Shown here one piece after another: positions 1-10,959 of a stretch of 64,000 nucleotides of DNA. The stretch lies in NCBI GenBank assembly GCA_002269645.1, contig NIVC01000376.1:1-64000 (forward strand), given 5' to 3'. Every line of letters starts with the position of its first letter. Within the stretch, counting starts at the first letter, position 1. A program made the translations under genes and the position numbers. Source of the stretch: Macrostomum lignano (lineage: Eukaryota). The notes beneath the pieces are model-generated. The model ran no database searches. It was not told the DNA's origin and saw nothing but the letters and a program-made list of their open reading frames with translations.

Positions 1-114
1 TTAATTTTGTGAAGCTTTCCTGTTATTAATCCGAGGATTTCTTTGAAATTTTCCGCATTCATCTATAACATATGCTTGATTCTAAACACTGATTTGGAAA
101 CGCCCAATCCTCAG

Positions 115-450
115 GTGGTGATCAACTCCAGCTTGCACGGCCAGCTGTTGGAGCTGCTACAGCGAGTGTGCAGCCGGCCCTCGGCCAGGATCTTTCTAAA
201 GCCCGTGGACTCTCGCAAATATCGGGACTACCTAACCATTGTGTCTGAGCCCATGGACCTTGGCACGGTGCGTCAGAAACTGGTTAAAAAGCGCTACAAA
301 TCCTTGGGCAGCTTCATAGCGGATGTGGAGCTCATCTTCGCCAATTCGCGACTCTACAATCCCATTGTTAGCGACGAATTTCGCGACACCAAGGACCTCG
401 AAGCCTTCTTTACAGCCGAGATTAAGGCGCTTAAAAATCAGATCGGTTAA
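115..450 (+). CDS. Terminal exon of a bromodomain-containing protein (upstream exons lie outside the window)
   Basis: Translation ARIFLKPVD...YRDYLTIVSEPMDLGTVRQKL...Y...F..DVELIFANSRLYN is a canonical bromodomain with the BC-loop Asn. Acceptor-like tcctcAG ends at 114, in frame. Stop TAA at 448-450. Confidence 0.8.
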   Translation: MVINSSLHGQLLELLQRVCSRPSARIFLKPVDSRKYRDYLTIVSEPMDLGTVRQKLVKKRYKSLGSFIADVELIFANSRLYNPIVSDEFRDTKDLEAFFTAEIKALKNQIG

Positions 451-2324
451 ATTATTATTGCTTTTTTCAACTGGCTACTACTAGTGTAGTAGTATGATGC
501 AACTGACGCGCATTTTTCTCTGCCGAACTAAAAACGATGATGCAATTTGCGGTGCGCACTAATCATTAATTTATTTTTTACTGCATGACTCAAACAGAAA
601 TCTGAGCACTCAATTTTATTTTTGTTTTAGTGTAGCCATAATTATTCGTGTTAACCATCAGCGTATGAAACTTGCAACTAATAAGCATGTATATTTGATC
701 TAATTTTAACCGTTCGCTTTAGTAATATGTTATTATTGCCTTGTTTATCTGTGTGCAACGCGATAAATATGAAGTATGATATATAAATATAATTCCATAC
801 TACTTTGCAGCTAAAACTGTACAGACTTGATCACTGTTTGCGTTGATTATCCCCACTGCATTATTAATAATTACAGGTTAAAGAACTTCGCATGCGCGCT
901 TGTCTTTTTTATCTGAAAACCGACATTTTTCGGTTGTTTTAAGAAATCCTAACTTGAAATTGTGCAAAATTATTGACTGCTACTTGTAGTACTTTTGTAA
1001 GTAAATATTAACTATCAATCAGGCTGAGTCATATGCTACTTATTACGTCATTCATGTGTGTAATAAATTCCTTGTTTTTTCATGCCTTGTTTCTTTCTTA
1101 TCAGAATACATTAAAAAGAAAGAATTGCTTGCAATGTATTTGACAAGTAGTGTAACATTAAGTATAATAAAATTGGTCAACAAGCTTTCAACGAGAAAAA
1201 AATTAAACAAGGGGTCGGCAAACCCTTTCGGTCCTTTGAAACTTCGCAATAGTAATTGAGCCTGCTCAATGCTTGTGCCTCCTATCATCTCTCATCTTCC
1301 AGCCGTGAGATAATATATTATGGTAAAAAGTTTGCCGATCCTTGATGTAGACTGGTGCCGCGACGCGAAAGCTTAATTAATTAAACATAAATAATGACAC
1401 AATTTTGAACCATAAATGGACCTTGAATGAAAGAAGAGTTTTCGCGTACAGTTAGACAGTTAAGAACGCATTGATAATGAGTGCCTAATAAGTAATTAAT
1501 GTTTAAAAAGCTGCTCGTAGCGGACGCTGTAAGTAGTCATGCCGGCATATGTTTAGTTGCATCTATAAATGATAAAAACAATTCTGCAATAATTTGTACA
1601 AAAAAACCGACGCGTCGCGCAATATTTGTAATCGTTTCGGTAAAAGCTGGACAGGCATGTATGCACATAAAAAGTACATTTCACTAAGCGGCACTCAATA
1701 CTGCTGAGACAATTTAAAGCGCAATCCCACTAGTAGTCTAGCAAGCTGTTTACAAATTTTTAAATCGAGTCGATTCAAATTCAAACAAAATGTTCTCTGC
1801 AGCCTACTGATAGTAGCCACTTACGAGTAGTTCACTGGAAACAAATTTATTGCATTATGAAAGAATGAAATGGCTAAAAAAACACTTGAACGCGATTGCC
1901 AGAATTCTATAAATACGCTATTTGATGTCGCAAAAATTAATGCGTGTGTTAAAATACACTGTAGACAACACTAACTAGACAATAGAATTCATGATTATTC
2001 TAAATACACAAGCTTTAGACAACAGAAAATCAAAAAACCTATGGCATATTTGAACACATTAAAACATTCGATATTTATAAAATTACACACTGCTTAACTG
2101 CAATATTCAAGCATTTTAACACGATCGATTTGAGTTCTAGGCCAATTTTCCCACTTATACTACTAAAAGTAAAACGGACAATAAAACAACGCTTTGCTGT
2201 AGCAGACTTTTTTCACTCATTTCAATGATAATTACAGCAGATTCAACCGCATCGCATATGACAATGAATTGCAACTGATAAATCCACAAGTCAGTAATCC
2301 ACTCCGCCTCTTAAACCCCAAGTC

Positions 2325-2410
2325 TCAGCTGGAGTCCGATTCGCTACCGCTTGAGTCGCTACCGCTTGACGAGTAGTCCGAGCTTGATGAGCTGCTGGAC
2401 TCGCTGACTA
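2325..2410 (-). CDS. BRD2/3/4-like: BET-family protein, exon 4 (SEED Ser/Asp-rich tail and stop)
   Basis: Acceptor aatattgcAG at 2411. Translation VSESSSSSSSDYSSSGSDSSGSESDSS* matches the SEED tail that follows ET in BET proteins. Phase is compatible with the 2746 donor. Absent from the ORF track. Confidence 0.75.
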
Positions 2411-2475
2411 CTGCAATATTTGGGGGGGGAGTCCGATATGGTTTATTAAATTTATGCCAGATCGCATTAAATTGG

Positions 2476-2700
2476 ATTCAAGATCCCATCATTCAAGATC
2501 CCATCATTCAAGATCATATCATTCAAGATCCCATTATTCAAGATCCCATCATTCAAGATCCCATCATTCAAGATCCCATTATTCAAGATCCCATCATTCA
2601 AGATCCCATTATTCAAGATCCCATCATTCAAGATCCCATTATTCAAGATCCCATTATTCAAGATCCCATTATTCAAGATCCCATTATTCAAGATCCCATT
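2476..2700. repeat. 15-bp minisatellite, 15 copies, in BET intron 3
   Basis: (ATTCAAGATCCCATY)n read directly. Confidence 0.95.
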
Positions 2701-2745
2701 GTAACTGATTGATACAGCAATACCAATATCAGCAACAGCACTGAC

Positions 2746-3571
2746 CCCTCTTGCACGGTACGCGCCGACCAACTGGCGGATGAGTGACCGGCTTGTGAGC
2801 CGGCTGCGGGGGCGGCGGCTGCTGCTGCGCCTGCGCAGGTGGTTGCGGCGGCTGCTGCGGTGGCGCCTGCGGAGGCTGCAGCGCCTGCTGCTGCACAGAC
2901 TTGACGTACCGCTCCAGTTCGCGCAGGGTGGCGTGCTGCAGAGTCTCAAAGTCGATTTCAATCTCGTCTGGATTGGAGTCGCGCAGTGTCGGCTCCCTCT
3001 GCTGGATGATCTGCACTACGCGGCCGAGTCGGTCGCCAGGCAGGTTGTTGATGTCCACAGACAGCTGCCGCTTCTCGTCGTAGGTCATCGGCAGGACCAC
3101 CTCCTGCTGCTCGGCTGTTGAAGCCGGCCAGGATTGGCCCGAAGCCGCCGCAGCAGCAGCAGCCACCGCTGGCTTCCTGCCTCGCTTAGCACCGCCGCCG
3201 TTGCCATTATTGAGGCCGCCGTCTGCTGACTTCTTAGTCCGCTTAACCTTCGCTGCCGGCGCCGGCGACACAGTTACCGAATTTGCTGTCGTTGTTGTCA
3301 TCATCGAGGCCTGCGACTGCGAATTGCTTGACACCGCCGACGGCTGCTGCTGGGACTGCGGAGGCGGTGGCTGCGGCACCCCAGCCGTGGTTTGCCTTCG
3401 ACGGCGTTGCTTTTTCACTGCCGCAGGCTGCTGCTGGGGCAGGCCGCTCAGCAGGCCACTCAGCACTCCGCCTGCGGCAGCCGATGCTGCCGACTGCGAC
3501 GCTGGCGACGGGGGCACGTAGAACTGGCGGGCCGATAGGACTGAGCGGATATCGTCTACGCAGGACTTCAT
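2746..3571 (-). CDS. BRD2/3/4-like: BET-family protein, exon 3 (ET domain)
   Basis: Acceptor tcattccAG|ATG at 3572/3571. ET domain [62 protein letters not shown]. The 3' boundary is a predicted phase-1 donor G|GTCAGT at 2746/2745 and is less certain. Confidence 0.85.
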
Positions 3572-3638
3572 CTGGAATGAGGGGTGGGAGTTGTGGCTCT
3601 GAAATCGGACGGCTTGAGGCCGAGACAGATGGTTGGAA

Positions 3639-3851
3639 GGCTGGCCCAGCAACTGAGGATCTGGGAGGCTGGCCCAGCAACTGAGGATCTGGGAGGCTGG
3701 CCCAGCAACTGAGGATCTGGGAGGCTGGCCCAGCAACTGACACTCTGGGAGGCTGGCCCAGCAACTGAGGATCTGGGAGGCTGACCCAGCAACTGAGGAT
3801 CTGGGAGGCTGGCCCAGCAACTGAGGATCTGGGAGGCTGGCCCAGCAACTG
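3639..3851. repeat. 28-bp minisatellite, about 7.5 copies, in BET intron 2
   Basis: Unit GGCTGGCCCAGCAACTGAGGATCTGGGA, with starts at 3639, 3667 and onward. Confidence 0.95.
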
Positions 3852-3877
3852 GGGATCCAACAGACCGCAGGTCAAAC

Positions 3878-4330
3878 CTGAGCAAACAGGTCCTCAACTC
3901 GCATGGACAGCTCGCGGACCCTCGCCATGTCAGCTGGCGAGGCAGCAAGGGTGGCTGGCGAAGGCGGCACCGCTGGAGTCGGTGGCAGCTTTGCGGGCAC
4001 CTGCGGCTGCTGCTGCAGTTTTGGTTGCTGCTTGACCTGTGTCTGTTGCTTCTGCTGCACTCCGGAGCACATTTTAGGAAAATTCTCATTAAAATATTTG
4101 AGCAACTCCTTGCCCAGCCGGTGCACCTCAGATTGAGACGGGTTGTACTTGAAGCAGTTGTCCAGCATTAGTCGAAAGTCCGAGGCGAACTGCTCAGGCT
4201 CTGAGTAGCTACCGGACTCCAACTTTTTCCGCATAGTGGACAAGTCCATAGGATGGCTGACAATGTCCAAGTAGTCTGTCAGGCCAAGGCCCACAACGTC
4301 TACGGGCTCCAGGAAGGGCCAGCTGATGGC
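3878..4330 (-). CDS. BRD2/3/4-like: BET-family protein, exon 2 (BD2 and start of the coiled-coil motif)
   Basis: Acceptor aaacgcAG|GCC at 4331/4330 joins ...ELTTVKLQ to AISWPFLEPVD...DYLDIVSHPMDLSTMRKKL...DNCFKYNP. Phase-0 donor CAG|GTTTGA at 3878/3877. Confidence 0.9.
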
Positions 4331-4529
4331 CTGCGTTTTGGAAAATAGCGAGTAATTTTCTTACTTGTTACTTTAAGTAGCCGCAAAGCGCTTAATAAAT
4401 ATAAACCAGAGCGATGTTTATTATAATAATTTAGCATTCATGTAGAATTGTAGGGCGATCATATTAGTAGGCAATTTAAATTGGTTCCTTAAATCAATCT
4501 CAAACCTGAATTATAGAAGTCCCTTATTA

Positions 4530-5635
4530 TTCAAAACCCTAATTATCCCAAACCTTATCTATCCCAAACCATAATTATCTCAACTCCTAATTATATTAAA
4601 CCCTAATTATCCCAAACCTTATCTATCCCAAACCATAATTATCTGAACTCCTAATTATATTAAACCCTATTTAGCCCTAACCTTATTTATCCCAAACCCT
4701 AACTATCCCAACCACAATTACTCCAAACCCTGATTATCCCAATTGTAGTTATCACAAACCCTGATTATCCCAATTGTAGTTATCCCAAACCCTAATTATT
4801 CCAATCTGAAATTATCCTAAGCCATGATTATCCAAAACCCTAATTTTCCCAAACACTTTACACTTAGCCAGACATATAGATACCTCTTTAGGAACTGAAC
4901 AATAAAAAATACGAAAAAACGTGCTTTGAGATAATTCTGGTTTATGATAATTAGTGTTTGGGATCATTGGGGTTGGCATAATTGGGGGTTGGGATAATAA
5001 GGGTTTGGGATAGTTGGGGTTGGGATAATAAGGGTTTGGGATAATCGGGATTGGGATAACTAGGGTTTGGGATAATCGGGATTGGGATAACTAGGGTTTG
5101 GGATAGTTGGGGTTGGGATAATAAGGGTTTGGTATAATCGGGATTGGGATAACTACGGTTTGGGATAATTGGGATTGGGATAACTAGGGTTTGGGATAAT
5201 CGGGATTGGGATAACTAGGGTTTGGGTTAATCGGGATTGGGATAACTACGGTTTGGCATAATTGGGATTGGGATAACTAGGGTTTGGGATAATCGGGATT
5301 GGGATAACTAGGGTTTGGGATAATCGGGATTGGGATAACTACGGTTTGGGATAATCGGGATTGGGATAACTAGGGTTTGGGATAATTGGGATTGGGATAA
5401 CTAGGGTTTGGGATAATCGGTATTGGGATAACTAGGGTTTGGGTTAATCGGGATTGGGATAACTACGGTTTGGCATAATTGGGATTGGGATAACTAGGGT
5501 TTGGGATAATCGGGATTGGGATAACTAGGGTTTGGTATAATCGGGATTGGGATAACTACGGTTTGGGATAATCGGGATTGGGATAACTAGGGTTTGGGAT
5601 AATCGGGATTGGGATAACTACGGTTTGGGATAATT
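4530..5635. mobile_element. Foldback-type element in BET intron 1 with inverted arms made of tandem subrepeats
   Basis: The left arm (~4530-4850) repeats AAACCCTAATTATCCCAA-like units. The right arm (~4950-5635) repeats the reverse complement TTGGGATAACTAGGGTTT / TTGGGATAATCGGGA. Exact ends and TSD were not resolved. Confidence 0.6.
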
Positions 5636-5768
5636 TGTTAGGAGCTTTTTGTTAGGGTCGGCAGATAAATAACCGGCAATAAAGCCAGCCTTATAAATGT
5701 TTTTCTTCAGAAAATGAGTTGCCAATCTTAAGTACGTACTGTACTTTCGTGCAGTTCTGATTGCTTAC

Positions 5769-6473
5769 CTGCAATTTAACTGTAGTCAACTCTTTCAACA
5801 GCTGGGCGCATGGGCGCATTCGCTCAGGCAAATTGGCGCTCAGCAGTGACGCGGCGCTGACGCCGCTAACGCCATTTGTTGAAGCCAAAGACGCGGGCGA
5901 CGGCGTCGGAGGCGGCGTCAGCTTGGGCTTCTTGATCGCCTGCATCGATGACAGACCAGACATGGAGGTCGCTGTACCGCCGAGTGACACGGCCTTGCGC
6001 TTCACAACAGCCGAGTGCTGATCGTGCACTCGGTGGTGGTGACCGCTGGACGTGCCGCTATGGATCTCCAGCTCATTAGCCGGGCAATGGCGCATTTTAT
6101 CGCGAAACACAGCCTCAACAGCTTCAGCCATCAGAACCACATCTTCTCCTGGCCTGTTAAATATGAAGCAGTTTAAAAAGATGCTATTGATATCGTCTAT
6201 GCAGTCTTGGCCGCGTTGGTAGAACTTGCCGCTATTCAATCGATTTTTAACCGTCCCCAGATCCATGGGCTTCAGCACTATCCTGGGATAGTCTGGTATG
6301 CCCAGCTTCACCGGATCAACCGGAGTCTTGAATGGCCAAGAATTTGGCAGCTTCATCAGTGCTGGCAGAGCGATTCGTTTGATGTAATCCAACCTGTTGC
6401 TCCAGTACCGACGCTTGGGCGGAGGTGGCGGTGCCAGCTGCTGTGCCTGCAACTCTGAACTCTGCTGCTGCAT
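5769..6473 (-). CDS. BRD2/3/4-like: BET-family bromodomain protein, exon 1 (BD1 and start of BD2)
   Basis: ATG at 6473. BD1 reads NSWPFKTPVDPVKLGIPDYPRIVLKPMDLGTVKNRL...NCFIFNRPGEDVVLMAE. Phase-0 donor CAG|GTAAGC at 5769/5768. Confidence 0.92.
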
Positions 6474-7849
6474 GCTTCTCCTTGCTAAACAGTTGAGAAA
6501 CTGTTTGACTCAAAACAAATTATTTTGAGTCTTCTCTGTGTTGTGCAGATAGAATTTTGAATGTGTTAAAATGCTCAATTGGGCCAAGTTGATGCGAGTT
6601 GTGTTTGAACAATTCTGAAAAATCAAATACTCGTATAAAGGTATGGGTTAAGGAAAATAATGTAATTGTCTTCTAATTTGGCTATTAGATAGTATAGATA
6701 CTTGATGGCATTGGTAACTTCTCATAACATAGAAAAAGCTAATGTTAGTCTCAATAATTCGAACTAATTTCATTCAGTGTTGCCGTGTTGGGCACCAGTA
6801 CCTTAATAAACTTGTGTTAATCTGTTAATAAGCATTAATAAGCATAATATTTCTCATTAATGTTAACAGACTGCCATTACGATTTTTTGCACTAATGTAA
6901 CAGATGAACGATTTTGTGTTAATAATTTTGTGAGTTAATGACAAATTCAATTACCAATGAGTCTAACAAGAAGTTACATTATGAATGAATTTGAATTTAC
7001 ATAAATGTCTAATTAATCTCATTGTTTATGATGATGATCATGGAATTGTAACAACTTCTTTACTAATGAACTTTAATATTGAATTCAAATTGTGAACTTT
7101 ATTGCTTGCGTGTGAGCATCAATTGCTTTGATTCACTTCTTTTACAATATTTTGTAACTTTCTGCTGCACCTGCTAATGCTACTGTAAACAACCTTCCCA
7201 TTCATATTTTATCATTAATCAATTAGCTTTCAAGTTTCAAGTAAAAAAGTTACTTTTTTACCATATACTTACTTTTAGTAGTAGTATTATTATAGATACA
7301 AGTTTTTACAATTATTATGTATTACTTTTTTAGCTTGTAAATTGCTTGGATGACCTTTGTGTTTCACTAAAAAGATGGAAAAGCAAAGACAAGGTGCATT
7401 ATGAAGTTTGCTTTGAAAAAATACAAGATTTCTATATTTTCTATATAACTTTAATAGATTCTTGTTTATTAACAATTATCAGTTAATTTTCAGTTAACTA
7501 AATGAAATTAAGAGTTAATAAGTTAAAATTTTTTTGTATTATACTAATGCCTTTTCCATTAATGGAAGTTAAGCTTACATTTGAAAACATATAAAAAACA
7601 TATTTAGATTTAGATTTAGAAATTTGCAAAAAGATCCATATTTGGTTGATCTTGGTTCACTAGTTAGAATATATAAAAGTATGAGGCCAACTCTTCCATT
7701 GGCGGAGTAAGGGGATAAGAACTCCCATTGCATCAGCTGAATCCCATGACCCAAATCCCATTAATTGCCCTCAAATTTTCTATAAAACCTCTCAAATACC
7801 ATATCTTGTTTTCCCTATTTGCAAAAACTAACTGTATCATCAAGACTAA

Positions 7850-8660
7850 GACTCTCTATTGTCTTCTGTCTCCTCTTTGCTCTTTCCTCTCTAATCTCTC
7901 CTCTTTGCTCCTATCTCTTCTCTCTCATTTCTTCTCTGCACTCTCATATCTACTCTCTTCTTTTTCTTCTTCTCTTTCCTCTCCTTTATCTCCTTTCTGT
8001 TCTCTTATCTCTACTTTCTCCCTTCTCCTCTCTCCTTTATCTTCTTGCTTCTCTTCTCCCTCATTTCTACTCACTTATCTCTTCTCTCTTGTCTTTTAGC
8101 TCTACTCTTTCCTGTCTCCTCTCTTCTCTTATATCGCATCTCTCTACTCTTTTCTTTCCTCTTTTTTTTCCTTTTACTCTCTCCCCCTTCTCTCCTCTCA
8201 TATTTTCCCTTATAGCTCTCTTCCACTCTCTTATCTTTCTCCTCTCTTTCTTCTTCCCTCACTTCCATCTTTTTCTCTTCTTTTCTCCCCTCTTTCCTCT
8301 CTCCTGTTCTCCCTATCTATCTTTTCCTCTCTTTAATACATCTCTACTCCAATTGGTTAGGGTTAGGGTTAGTATTTTCTTCTCTATCTTGTCCTCTCTT
8401 TATTCTTTTCTCTCTCTTTTCTGCTCTTATGTCTCATATGTATATTGTCTCTATTATTTCTTTTTTTATTACTTATCTTTACTTTTTCCTCTCTACCATC
8501 TCTTGTCTTCTCTCTACTTTCTTCTCCTCTTTCTCCCTCTTCATTTCTGCCTCACTCCTTCTTCTCTCCCCTCTGTTCTCTTTAATCTTTCCTTGTTTAT
8601 ATCTACTTTCTTTTCTATCATCTCTTCTCTTATCTCCTTTTTTCTACTCTTTTATTTGAC
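7850..8660. repeat. Degenerate CT-rich polypyrimidine tract
   Basis: About 800 bp of mostly C/T; includes a short GGTTAGGGTTAGGGTTAG at ~8355. Overlapping Leu/Ser/Phe ORFs are artefacts. Confidence 0.9.
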
Positions 8661-10959
8661 TGACCGAAGGCACCAATAATAAAACCAATTGACAAAAATA
8701 TTATAAAAATTAGACCTAGGATAGTTAGGGACAATTAGGGACTAGGCTATTATTTAAACTTAAGCTCATAAGGTAGAATCCTTAATTGTCCCCTTGTTAG
8801 TTCTTTTTTATCATAGATCCATTTTTTTAATTTTTTAACAAACTTAGCTTCCTAGTGTTACTGTGAGCCTGGCTGGCTAGTTAATCTACTTAGCTGTAAA
8901 TATAAGATAATAGACTCTGCTTTACACTTACACTTAATTTACGACTAATATTATAACAAATTATTTAAATATAGCAATTGATGGAAGTCTTAAAAACCTT
9001 AAAATATATTAATTTAAGCTAGATACCATTTATTTTAAGTTCTAAGCATATGTTATCTTATTTATAAATCATATTTAATAAGTATTAAAGCTATGATTCT
9101 TAAAGATTTAATTAATATTTTAATCAATTTTGAAATGTGGATAGGGGTTAGGCCTAATCTATATAAAAAGGCCTAGTCTATAAGACTAGGGCCTAGACTT
9201 TTGTAACTTTTGTTAGGCCTACTTAGTCTAGGCCTAGTCAAAGATAGGAAGCTTAGGGCCTAGCATTATAAATTGCAATAATATACTTTGATCTTAAACT
9301 TAAAGTTAAATTTATTGCTCAAATTATATTTGCCCTAGGCTCTACTCTAAACTAAGTTTAAGTGTTTAACCAATAGCTAAGCCTTAGGCATATGCCACAT
9401 ACTATTATTAGAGGGGGGTCTACTATATTAGTTAGTACTTACTAGTAAATGTGGCATATACCTAGCTACAGGTTAAACATACTAGGCCCTTAGGGCGTTA
9501 GGCTTAGCTTAGCTATTTATAATATTTGACTAGGGCCTAGGCTATCTTGTTATTGACAAGGCTAGGCCTACCTAGTTATAGGCCCCCCTAGGCGGCTAGG
9601 TCTAGACTCTAGGCTACTTGTACTTGTTATAGGCTAGGCCTACCTAGTTTTGAGCAGTTGCTTGAAGAAAAAATAAATCCATTTTTGTTTGAAATCAATT
9701 TACTTAGACTTAGAGATAAGCCTAAGGCCTAGTGGGTCTTGGGTCTAGGGCCTACTAAGTAGGGCCTATGCTTTACTTTTTAACATAGGCCTAGAGCCTA
9801 ATTAGGGTAAGATCTCATCAACCGAACATGAAAGTGTCATTTTTTGACATTCTCTCATAGATAGCAAAAAAAGTTTAATGTGTAATGAAATGAAACTACC
9901 CCGAAGTTGTTTAAAACATTTTTTTCTTTCAAATGAATGTTTGCTTTACTTTATTGCACAAGTAGAAAAAAAGTTATTGATGATTTTATCTCAAAACCGA
10001 ACGATGATTCTAGGGTATCTTCAAACCGAACAGGGTATCTGACGTTCGGTTTTTGTGTTTGAACACTAATAACTTTTTTATTTCTCGTTCATTTTTTCTA
10101 AAATATATATTGTTGTAAAGATTAATTCATACTCTTTCTAAAAAGTATAACTTTCGCTTAGATAAATGTAGAAAAATATTGTTTATCTGCATTTGAATAG
10201 AGTACCCCCCATTGAATAGAAAAATCGTGAATTTTTACTTTTTTGCCATTTCTTTAAACTCTTTCATGCTAAATTGATAAAAAGCCATATTTTTCTACTT
10301 ATTTTAGACAGTCAAATCGGAAAAGCAATAAAGAATTTTTAAAAAACACAAGTTTTTTAAAGCAGAGCTGATACTTTGCCCATTTCGGAGTTCTTCTGAA
10401 GGACCTACTAATGTTTCAGCTTTCAACATAAGCATTTATTTTGGCATTATTACCTTGTTTTTGAAAGAAAAAAGTACCTCTTATAGTATACTTTTAACCT
10501 TTTTTATCATATAGTTAATATTTTTCAAAACTTAAGGAAGAAGAATAAAGTAAAAGTAAAAAATTTAAAAAAAACGATTTTTTTGCAAACAAGTTCTCGT
10601 AATTTTATATTTTATTTTTTCTCATCATACTCGTAAATTTTTACTTCAAGTAGTCGCATGCAAGATGTGAAGAAAAAATGCTGTGGATTCTTAAAATTTT
10701 CCAGAAAACCATCAACTCGTTCTCAGACTGCAATCACTGCAACAAGGTGGACCGCCAAAACCATAGGCTCATTGGCTTCATCTGTTTACCCCAGCCTTGT
10801 ATACATGTAGATTTTTTGCAAAGACAAGAAAGAAAAAGCTCGCAATAAATATTCAAAATCTACTTATCTACGCTCGTATATATAAAGTAAAAATTATACA
10901 TGTATACGTACATGCAGATAGCTATCTGATAATAAACAGCATGAAGTCGACAGACAGGT

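Noticed and set aside
2729-3875. Alternative and antisense ORFs over the BET gene, and the repeat-derived N-terminus of the 363-aa ORF
   Set aside because: Explained by GC-rich coding sequence on the opposite strand and by the 28-bp repeat in intron 2.
8352-8373. Interstitial telomere repeat (TTAGGG)
   Set aside because: Only about 2.5 copies. The 61.8-kb (TTAG)n array is also not a telomeric motif.
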